Assembly (NCBI RefSeq): GCF_003010495.1
Contig: NZ_CP027570.1
Span: 1,890,001-1,922,000 of the forward strand
Reading direction: 5' to 3'
Length of the DNA stretch: 32,000 bases
Source: Megasphaera elsdenii DSM 20460
GTDB lineage: Bacteria > Bacillota > Negativicutes > Veillonellales > Megasphaeraceae
The notes under the pieces are model-generated. The model made no database searches and was not told where the DNA came from. It was given only the letters and a program-made list of their open reading frames with translations. Positions 1-6,795 of the stretch are shown here, piece by piece (position 1 is the stretch's first letter; each line of letters opens with the position of its first letter). The translations under genes and the position numbers were made by a program.

Positions 1-189
1 CTCTTAGGCCGCAGCATGAAGGGCCAGATGAAATCGGCCAATAAGCTCCATGCCGATTACACGGTCATCATCGGCGAAGATGAATTAGCCGCCGGTGAAG
101 CCCAGGTCCGCAATATGGCCAGCAAAGAACAAGTCAGCGTTCCCCTTGATGGGATTGTTGCATATATGGAAACACACAAGAAGGGATGA
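1..189 (+). CDS. hisS: histidine--tRNA ligase, C-terminal end (partial, runs off the window)
   Basis: Frame 1 is open from base 1 to TGA at 187-189. It translates to LLGRSMKGQMKSANKLHADYTVIIGEDELAAGEAQVRNMASKEQVSVPLDGIVAYMETHKKG, which looks like the HisRS anticodon-binding domain tail. It lies immediately upstream of aspS, a conserved hisS-aspS pair. Confidence 0.8.
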   Translation, partial: LLGRSMKGQMKSANKLHADYTVIIGEDELAAGEAQVRNMASKEQVSVPLDGIVAYMETHKKG

Positions 190-196
190 TTTACGA

Positions 197-1990
197 ATGG
201 ATACAATGGAAGGTTTACACCGCTCCCAATACTGCGCTGAAGTAAGTGAAGCGGACAACGGCAAAGAAGTCGTCTTGACCGGTTGGGTAGAACGCCGCCG
301 CGACCACGGCGGACTGATCTTCATCGATCTCCGCGACCGTACGGGCATCGTACAGGTCGTCGCTTCGCCGGATTATGAAAAGGTTTCTTTCGATAAAGCA
401 GAACAGGTACGTACAGAATACGTCCTGGCTGTACGCGGTATCGTCCGCATGCGTGATAAAGATACGATCAACCCCAAGATGAAGACGGGCACTATCGAAA
501 TCCGCTGCGAAGAACTGCGCATCCTCAATTCGTCCAAGACACCGCCGTTCTACATTGAAGACAACATCGACGTCGACGAAAAGATACGCCTGAAATACCG
601 TTACCTCGACTTGCGTCGTCCGGAAATGCAGAAGAACCTCATTATGCGCCATAAAGTAAAACATGCCATGCGGACGTTCCTCAACGAACACGGTTTCATC
701 GACATCGAAACGCCGGAACTCTGCAAGAGCACGCCAGAAGGCGCTCGTGACTACCTCGTACCGAGCCGTGTCAACGAAGGCAAATTCTATGCGCTGCCGC
801 AGTCGCCGCAGATTTTTAAACAGCTGCTCATGATTTCCGGTATGGACCGCTACTACCAGATCGCCCGCTGCTTCCGCGATGAAGACTTGCGCGCCGACCG
901 CCAGCCGGAATTTACTCAGCTCGACATGGAAATGTCCTTCATGGACCAGGAAGAAATCCTGACCCTCGTCGAACAGATGGTACACTACATCTTCAAAGAA
1001 ACGTTGGGCCACGACGTCCAGCTCCCGATCCACCGCATGACCTGGGACTACGCCATGGCAAACTACGGCTCTGATAAGCCGGACCTGCGCTTCGACATGA
1101 AGTTCACCGACATTACAGAACTTGTCAAGGATACGGACTTCAAAGTCTTCCGCAACGTCATCGATAACGGTGGTCAGGTCAAAGCCATCAACGTCAAAGG
1201 TGACGCTGATATTCCCCGCCGCGAACTGGACGGCCTCGTCGAATACGTCAGCCACTACGGCGCAAAAGGCCTGGCCTGGATCGGCTTCCTCGAAGACGGC
1301 ACGCTTAAATCGCAGATCAAGAAGTTCTTTGGTGAAGATAAGCTCCGCGAAATCGGTAAGGCCTGCGGCGCTGAAAAAGGCGACTTGGTCCTCATGATCG
1401 CCGATAAACCGAAAATCGTCGCAGCCGCTCTGGGCGAACTGCGTAAAGAAATGGCCCGCCGCATGAATCTCATCGACGAAAACGAATTCGCCTTTACGTG
1501 GGTCGTCGACTTCCCCATGTTCGAATACAGCGAAGAAGAACACCGCTATGTTGCTATGCACCATCCGTTCACAGCTATGCGCGATGAAGACCTGGACAAA
1601 CTGGAAACAGACCCGGCTCACGTCTATGCCAAGGCCTATGACCTGGTCCTCAACGGCATCGAACTCGGCGGCGGCTCCCTCCGTATCTACCAGCCGGACG
1701 TACAGCAGCGCGTCTTCAAGGCCATCGGCCTGACACCGGAAGAAGCAGAACAGAAATTCGGCTTCCTCCTCCGTGCCTTCGAATACGGTGCACCGCCCCA
1801 CGGTGGCCTGGCCTTCGGCCTGGACCGCATGATCATGCTCATGCTCAAACGCAAGTCCATCCGCGACGTCATCGCTTTCCCGAAGACCCAGAACGCTATC
1901 GACCCCATGAGCGAAGCTCCGTCGACAGTTACCAAAAAACAGCTGCATGAACTCCACATCCAAGTAGAAGAAGACTTGGTAAGTAAATAA
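197..1990 (+). CDS. aspS: aspartate--tRNA ligase
   Basis: ORF 95..1990. I place the start at ATG 197 (MDTMEGLHRSQYCAEV), 10 nt after AAGGGA, because the upstream part overlaps the hisS end. Class II aaRS motifs are present: FYALPQSPQIFKQLLM, QIARCFRDEDLRADRQPEFTQLD, GGGSLRIY, GLAFGLDR. Confidence 0.97.
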   Translation: MDTMEGLHRSQYCAEVSEADNGKEVVLTGWVERRRDHGGLIFIDLRDRTGIVQVVASPDYEKVSFDKAEQVRTEYVLAVRGIVRMRDKDTINPKMKTGTIEIRCEELRILNSSKTPPFYIEDNIDVDEKIRLKYRYLDLRRPEMQKNLIMRHKVKHAMRTFLNEHGFIDIETPELCKSTPEGARDYLVPSRVNEGKFYALPQSPQIFKQLLMISGMDRYYQIARCFRDEDLRADRQPEFTQLDMEMSFMDQEEILTLVEQMVHYIFKETLGHDVQLPIHRMTWDYAMANYGSDKPDLRFDMKFTDITELVKDTDFKVFRNVIDNGGQVKAINVKGDADIPRRELDGLVEYVSHYGAKGLAWIGFLEDGTLKSQIKKFFGEDKLREIGKACGAEKGDLVLMIADKPKIVAAALGELRKEMARRMNLIDENEFAFTWVVDFPMFEYSEEEHRYVAMHHPFTAMRDEDLDKLETDPAHVYAKAYDLVLNGIELGGGSLRIYQPDVQQRVFKAIGLTPEEAEQKFGFLLRAFEYGAPPHGGLAFGLDRMIMLMLKRKSIRDVIAFPKTQNAIDPMSEAPSTVTKKQLHELHIQVEEDLVSK

Positions 1991-1997
1991 CGAGATG

Positions 1998-2032
1998 AAA
2001 AAAAGCTTGTCGTATAACGGCAAGCTTTTTTT
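1998..2032 (+). terminator. rho-independent terminator of aspS
   Basis: aaaaaaagcttgtcg-tataa-cggcaagcttttttt is a GC-containing stem followed by a T run. The A run on the 5' side could make it bidirectional. Confidence 0.85.
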
Positions 2033-2326
2033 CGTGGCTCGTGGTTCGTGATTCGTGGCTTGTGGTTCGTGGCTCGTGATTCGTGGCTCGTGGTTCGTGG
2101 CTCGTGATTCGTGGCTCGTGGCTCGTGGTTCGTGATTCGTGGCTTGTGGTTCGTGGCTCGTGATTCGTGGCTCGTGGTTCGTGGCTCGTGATTCGTGGCT
2201 CGTGGCTCGTGGCTCGTGATTCGTGGCTCGTGGCTCGTGGTTCGTGGCTCGTGATTCGTGGCTCGTGGCTCGTGGTTCGTGGCTCGTGGTTCGTGGCTCG
2301 TGGTTCGTGGCTCGTGGTTCGTGGTT
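2033..2326 (+). repeat. 42 uninterrupted tandem heptamers
   Basis: Hand-parsed in perfect 7-bp register from 2033 to 2326. Unit counts: CGTGGCT x22, CGTGGTT x10, TGTGGTT x2, CGTGATT x8. Units 1-12 (2033-2116) are identical to units 13-24 (2117-2200), an 84-bp higher-order repeat. The last unit runs straight into CGTAGGGG of the next repeat. Confidence 0.97.
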
Positions 2327-2830
2327 CGTAGGGGCCGTCCCAAAGGGCGGCCCGCTGTGATATTTGACCACAGCCCGTTCTGGTATTATGGTGAGCCTTT
2401 CTTCGGACTCCGATGCAGCTTCGCCGCGACAGACTCATGATTGTATTACGACCAAGTGTTGTCCGTCATAAATTCCGGTTGTGTACAGGATTCAGGCGGG
2501 ACGCCTTGACAGGACGTCCCCTACGGTATCGCAGACAGGCGATGAAAAAATGAACGCTGGCCGTAAATGGCAGCTCGCAAAAATATACGGCCTGTGGTCA
2601 TGTGAGTAAGGGTCCGTCCTGATAAGGAAGCCCGTGTGTGGGAATCCCGTAAATCGCTTCGTGGCTAGCAATCAGCCGTCAGCCGCGGTCCCATGGACCG
2701 CTTTCGTAGGGGCCGTCCCAAAGGGCGGCCCGCTGTGATATTTGACCACAACCCGTTCTGGTATTATGGTAAGCCTTTCAGGTGCTACTATGCGGACGCG
2801 ATTGGTTTACGAGCCACGAACCACTAACAC
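2327..2830. repeat. cluster of four REP-like units (GTAG + GC hairpin + conserved tail) with a terminal mini heptamer array
   Basis: Forward units: 2328-2355 (GTAGGGGCCGTCC-CAAA-GGGCGGCCCGC) and 2706-2733. Reverse unit: 2495-2524 (reverse complement GTAGGGGACGTCC-TGTCAA-GGCGTCCCGCC). Degenerate forward unit: 2606-2650 (GTAAGGGTCCGTCC-TGATAA-GGAAGCCCGTGTGTGGGAATCCCGT). Segments 2327-2401 and 2705-2779 are 75-bp direct repeats with 2 mismatches. ACGAGCC ACGAACC heptamers in the opposite orientation lie at 2809-2829. Confidence 0.85.
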
Positions 2831-2864
2831 ACATATTGACAAATGTCAATGTGTGCGTTATACT
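2831..2864 (+). promoter_or_regulatory. ars promoter with overlapping palindromic operator
   Basis: TTGACA (2836-2841), 17 nt, TATACT (2859-2864). The perfect palindrome ATTGACA-AA-TGTCAAT (2835-2850), extended by CACAT/GTGTG, overlaps the -35. This is the classic layout for ArsR autorepression. Confidence 0.8.
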
Positions 2865-2908
2865 CTAACCATAGATTGATAAACTTCGATATGAAAGGAG
2901 GCATCGTG

Positions 2909-3220
2909 ATGGACGAAAGGGAAGCAGTCCGCGTTTTTAAAGCCTTGGGCGATGAAAAACGCCTGCGCATTTTGTCGCTCCTGCGGCAAGGGGAACGGTG
3001 TGCCTGTGTACTCTTGGAACACTTGAACTTGTCCCAGCCGACGCTGTCCCATCACATGAAGATTCTTTGCGAGGCCCGGCTGGTCACAGGCCGCAAAGAA
3101 GGGAAGTGGGTCTATTATTCCCTCAATACGGCGCAAGCCCCGGTCCTGGAACAGGCCGTACACGACTTATTTCAACTCAGTGCCGTGCCGGCAGAGGACG
3201 AAGCCTGCCATTGCCAGTAA
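2909..3220 (+). CDS. arsR: ArsR/SmtB-family arsenite-responsive repressor
   Basis: I place the start at ATG 2909 (MDEREAVRVFKALGDEKRLRILSLL) behind GAAAGGAGG. The metalloid site resembles ELCVCDL (ERCACVLLEHL). The HTH is LSQPTLSHHMKIL. It is the first gene of the arsDA-acr3 operon. Confidence 0.9.
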   Translation: MDEREAVRVFKALGDEKRLRILSLLRQGERCACVLLEHLNLSQPTLSHHMKILCEARLVTGRKEGKWVYYSLNTAQAPVLEQAVHDLFQLSAVPAEDEACHCQ

Positions 3221-3236
3221 GGCAGGTTTCTTTTTT
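3204..3236 (+). terminator. weak hairpin + T run between arsR and arsD (possible attenuator)
   Basis: cctgcc (3204-3209) pairs with ggcagg (3221-3226) and is followed by tttctttttt. The stem is only 6 bp with an 11-nt loop. Confidence 0.4.
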
Positions 3237-3286
3237 AGCTAATACATTGATAAATGTAAATATATGAATTTTTTAGGAAGTCTTTT

Positions 3287-3778
3287 ATGATGAAACATAT
3301 GGAAATCTTTGAACAAGCAATGTGCTGCCCGACCGGTCTCTGCGGTCCTTCTATCGACCCGGAACTCTTGCGCGTATCGACCGTTTTGGACACGCTCAAA
3401 CAGCATGGCATCGACGTCGGCCGCTATAACTTGACCAGTGCGCCTTTGAAATTCGTCCAGACGAAGGCCGTTACGGACTTCCTCCAGCACCACGGCCCGG
3501 AAGACCTGCCCCTCATCCTCGTCGACGGCGCCGTCCAGTTTGCCGGCCGCTATCCGACGAATGATGAATTTGCCAGCCTCATCGGCTTCGACCCGGCCAT
3601 CCTCGAAGCAGCCCAGGCTGCTGGGGAAAGCTGCTGCTGCGGCGATAGCGCCGAAGAAACGGCTTCCTGCTGCTGCAGCGATGCACCGGCTGAAAGTGAA
3701 GCTTCTTCCTGTTGTTGTGGCGATGCACCGGCAGAACCGGAAAGCTCGTCGTGCTGCTGCGGAGGTGACTGCAAGTGA
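3287..3778 (+). CDS. arsD: arsenic metallochaperone ArsD with an extended Cys-triplet repeat tail
   Basis: MMKHMEIFEQAMCCPTGLCG matches the ArsD N-terminal Cys12/Cys13/Cys18 motif. AGGAAG lies 7 nt upstream. The tail (3626-3775) carries four CCC triplets. Confidence 0.9.
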   Translation: MMKHMEIFEQAMCCPTGLCGPSIDPELLRVSTVLDTLKQHGIDVGRYNLTSAPLKFVQTKAVTDFLQHHGPEDLPLILVDGAVQFAGRYPTNDEFASLIGFDPAILEAAQAAGESCCCGDSAEETASCCCSDAPAESEASSCCCGDAPAEPESSSCCCGGDCK

Positions 3779-5508
3779 TCCTCTATGATCCCTTTCGCGT
3801 CGTCCAGACGAAATACCTCTTCCTGACCGGCAAGGGCGGCGTCGGCAAGACGTCTGTCGCCTGTGCTACGGCTGTCGCTCTGGCCGATGCCGGGAAGAAG
3901 GTCCTGCTCATCAGTACCGACCCGGCGTCGAACCTGCAAGACGTCTTTTCTATGGAACTGACTAACAAGGCTACGGCCATTGACGCCGTGCCTAATCTGG
4001 CTGTGGCCAATCTGGATCCGGTCCAGGCCGCTGCCGAATATAGGGAAAGCGTCATCGGCCCTTATCGCGGCCTTTTGCCGGAAGCAGCCCTGCGCAACAT
4101 GGAAGAACAGCTGTCCGGCTCTTGTACTGTAGAAATCGCCGCCTTCAATGAGTTCACCAATTTCCTCACCGACGAAACCGTCGCCCGCGATTACGACCAC
4201 ATCCTTTTCGATACGGCGCCGACAGGCCACACCCTGCGCATGCTGCAGCTGCCGTCGGCGTGGAGCCAGTTCATCCAGAAGAGCAAACACGGCGCGTCCT
4301 GCCTGGGCCAGCTGTCGGGGCTGGAATCGCGGAAAGAACTGTACAAGCAGGCCGTCCAGACCCTGGCCGACGGGGCTCAGACGACGATGCTCCTCGTCGC
4401 CCGTCCCGATAGCCTGCCCCTGAAAGAAGCGGCGCGGGCGTCGAAGGAACTGGCCGCCCTGGGCATTGCCAACCAGCAGCTCATCATCAACGGCCTCCTG
4501 CCTTCCTACGATGACGATGCGACCAAGACCTTATATGAAAAGCAGCAGGCTGCCTTGCAGGCCATGCCTGGGGCTATTTCCGATTTACCGCGTTTCCAGA
4601 TTCCCTTGCGGACGTACAATATCACCGGCTTGGACCACGTCCGGGCCCTGCTCAAAGGGGAAGTGAAGGAAGCGGCGACGGAACTGACGCTGGAATGGGT
4701 CCAGCCCCTGCAGGCCGTCATCGACGATTTGGAAAGCAGCCATCGCAAGGTCATCTTCACCATGGGCAAAGGCGGCGTCGGTAAGACGACTGTCGCCGCA
4801 GCCATCGCCTTGGGCCTGGCCCGCCGCGGCCATCGCGTCCACTTGACGACGACCGACCCGGCCGCCCATTTGCAGTATATCGTCAGCCAGACGGACAACC
4901 TGACCTTGAGCCATATCGACGAAGGGGAAGAGCTGAGAAAATACCAGGATGAAGTCCTGAACCAGGCCAAAGCCAACGGCCTGGGCCCGTCGGACCTGGC
5001 CTATATCGAAGAAGACCTGCGTTCGCCGTGCACCCAAGAAATTGCCGTCTTCCACGCCTTTGCCGATATCGTCGAAGCCGCCGACGACCAGATCGTCGTC
5101 ATCGACACGGCGCCGACAGGCCATACGCTGCTGCTCCTGGAATCGACGGAAAGCTACGATAAGGAAATCCGCCGGACCCATGGCTCGACGCCGCCGTCGG
5201 TACAGCACTTGCTGCCGCGTCTGAAAGGGAAGGAAACGGAAGTCGTCATCGTCACCTTGCCCGAAGCGACGCCGGTATACGAAGCCCTGCGCCTGGAAGC
5301 GGACCTGAAGCGGACCAAGCTGCGCTCGAAGTGGTGGGTCATCAACAAGTCCTTTTATCAGGCCAAGACGACGAGCCCTTTGTTAAAGGCCAAAGCCTCG
5401 CATGAAATCCCTTGGATCAACAAAGTCGATGAACATACAAAAGGCCACACGGCCCTCATCGCCTGGCGCCCAGATGAAGTCCGCGGCGACGTCCTAGGGA
5501 CGTTGTAG
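3775..5508 (+). CDS. arsA: arsenite-stimulated ATPase ArsA (two-domain)
   Basis: The GTG start overlaps the arsD stop (GTGA) and is preceded by GGAGGTGA. There are two P-loops (GKGGVGKTSVACA, GKGGVGKTTVAAA) and two DTAPTGHTL signature motifs, consistent with the A1 and A2 halves. Confidence 0.97.
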   Translation: MILYDPFRVVQTKYLFLTGKGGVGKTSVACATAVALADAGKKVLLISTDPASNLQDVFSMELTNKATAIDAVPNLAVANLDPVQAAAEYRESVIGPYRGLLPEAALRNMEEQLSGSCTVEIAAFNEFTNFLTDETVARDYDHILFDTAPTGHTLRMLQLPSAWSQFIQKSKHGASCLGQLSGLESRKELYKQAVQTLADGAQTTMLLVARPDSLPLKEAARASKELAALGIANQQLIINGLLPSYDDDATKTLYEKQQAALQAMPGAISDLPRFQIPLRTYNITGLDHVRALLKGEVKEAATELTLEWVQPLQAVIDDLESSHRKVIFTMGKGGVGKTTVAAAIALGLARRGHRVHLTTTDPAAHLQYIVSQTDNLTLSHIDEGEELRKYQDEVLNQAKANGLGPSDLAYIEEDLRSPCTQEIAVFHAFADIVEAADDQIVVIDTAPTGHTLLLLESTESYDKEIRRTHGSTPPSVQHLLPRLKGKETEVVIVTLPEATPVYEALRLEADLKRTKLRSKWWVINKSFYQAKTTSPLLKAKASHEIPWINKVDEHTKGHTALIAWRPDEVRGDVLGTL

Positions 5509-5548
5509 CTTGTATTTCAATTTATCTGTTTATAGGAGGTTCCTTATC

Positions 5549-6583
5549 ATGGAACATGAATCACAGACCGGCATCAGTTTTTTTCAGCGCTATCTGACCC
5601 TTTGGGTTTTGTTATGCATGGTTGTCGGCGTAGCCATCGGGTATGCCCTTCCGGCTGTCCCGGCCTTTTTAGATACGTTACAGGTCATGGGGATTTCCAT
5701 TCCCATTGCTATTTTGATTTGGGTCATGATTTACCCGATGATGATGAAAGTCGACTTTCAGAGCATCAAAGCCGTAGGACGCCAGCCTAAAGGCCTGTTC
5801 GTCACGTGGATTGCCAACTGGCTCATTAAGCCGTTTACCATGTATGCCATTGCCTGGTTCTTCCTTTTTGTCCTTTTCAGTTCCTGGATTCCGACAGATC
5901 TGGCTCGTCAATACTTAGCTGGAGCCGTACTGCTCGGTGCGGCTCCCTGCACGGCCATGGTTTTCGTCTGGAGTACCCTGGCCAATGGGAATCCGGCCTA
6001 TACCGTCATCCAGGTTGCGACGAATGACTTGATCATCCTCATCGCTTTCGTACCTATCGTCAAGTTCCTCTTAGGCGTTTCACAAGTCACGGTGCCTTAT
6101 AGTGTCCTCTTTGTCAGTATCTTTCTGTTCGTCGTCATTCCCTTGGCAGGCGGTATCCTGACTCGGATGACAGTAGTTAAGCGAAAAGGCCTCGATTATT
6201 TTGAACAGCACTTTGTCCACAAATTCGATTCGGCAACGACTTGGGGCCTGTTACTGACGCTGGTCATTATCTTCAGCTCTCAGGCCCAGGTCATCTTATC
6301 GAATCCGCTTCACATCGTGCTCATCGCCATTCCGCTGACAGTGCAGACTTTCCTCATCTTCTTCCTTGCCTACGGAGCCTGCCGGCTGCTGAAACTGCCC
6401 TTTGACATTGCCGCCCCGGCTGGCTTCATCGGTGCTTCTAACTTTTTTGAATTAGCCGTTGCCGTAGCCATCGCCCTGTTTGGTGTTACCAGCCCGGCAG
6501 CCCTGGCGACGACTGTCGGCGTCCTGACGGAAGTCCCGATTATGCTGACCCTGGTCCGTATCGCCTTAGCTACCAGAAACTAA
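5549..6583 (+). CDS. acr3: ACR3-family arsenite efflux permease
   Basis: I place the start at ATG 5549 (MEHESQTGISFFQRYLTLWV) behind AGGAGG. It is a multi-TM protein with the ACR3 hallmark LGAAPCTAMV. Confidence 0.94.
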   Translation: MEHESQTGISFFQRYLTLWVLLCMVVGVAIGYALPAVPAFLDTLQVMGISIPIAILIWVMIYPMMMKVDFQSIKAVGRQPKGLFVTWIANWLIKPFTMYAIAWFFLFVLFSSWIPTDLARQYLAGAVLLGAAPCTAMVFVWSTLANGNPAYTVIQVATNDLIILIAFVPIVKFLLGVSQVTVPYSVLFVSIFLFVVIPLAGGILTRMTVVKRKGLDYFEQHFVHKFDSATTWGLLLTLVIIFSSQAQVILSNPLHIVLIAIPLTVQTFLIFFLAYGACRLLKLPFDIAAPAGFIGASNFFELAVAVAIALFGVTSPAALATTVGVLTEVPIMLTLVRIALATRN

Positions 6584-6596
6584 TTTATAGCTACGA

Positions 6597-6757
6597 ACGG
6601 CCGCCCCACGTGGTCGCCCCTACAGAAACCCCATCCACGAACCATGAGCTACGAGCCACGAACCACGAACCACGGGATTCCCACAAGCGGGCCGCCTTTA
6701 CAGGACGGCCCCTACGAGCCACGAACCACGAGCCACGAACCACGAGCCACGAGCCAC
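6597..6757 (-). repeat. REP-like hairpins alternating with heptamer arrays (minus orientation)
   Basis: REP units lie at 6599-6623 (ends CCCCTAC) and 6687-6715 (GCGGGCCGCC-TTTACA-GGACGGCCCCTAC). Heptamers (CCACGAA, ACGAGCC, ACGAACC) lie at about 6636-6675 and 6714-6755. These are the reverse complements of the units at 2033-2355. Confidence 0.85.
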
Positions 6758-6758
6758 T

Positions 6759-6795
6759 AAAAAAGCGGCTGTCTTCAAAGGACAGCCGCTTTTTC
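6759..6795. terminator. bidirectional terminator shared by acr3 and the convergent oxidoreductase gene
   Basis: aaaaa-agcggctgtc-ttcaaag-gacagccgct-ttttt is a 10-bp perfect stem with an A run on one side and a T run on the other. Confidence 0.88.

Noticed and set aside
2033-2326. Possibility that the tandem repeats here, or those at 16412-16513, are a CRISPR array.
   Set aside because: The period is 7 bp here and about 40 bp at 16412-16513, with no unique spacers of 25-40 bp. No cas genes are present in the window.
215-2440. Long ORFs with HEPRATN/HEPRTTS repeat translations: 215..2371 minus, 1687..2343 minus, 1929..2438 minus and 2258..2440 plus. Similar ones occur at 6610..7143 and 8384..8569.
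   Set aside because: They exist only because the heptamer array has no stop codons in any frame. The largest is otherwise antisense to aspS. None has a start context or RBS, and the same repeats occur in both orientations in clearly intergenic positions.
2393-2705. The interval of about 310 nt between the two 75-bp direct repeats as a housekeeping RNA (RNase P, tmRNA, SRP or 6S) or a novel sRNA driven by the promoter-like tail.
   Set aside because: I found none of the conserved RNase P (GAGGAAAGUCC), tmRNA or SRP (GGAAGCAGC) motifs. The interval resolves into further REP-like units (2495-2524 and 2606-2650) and has a second partial copy at 24505-24660. It is better explained as a repeat cluster, although transcription is still untested.
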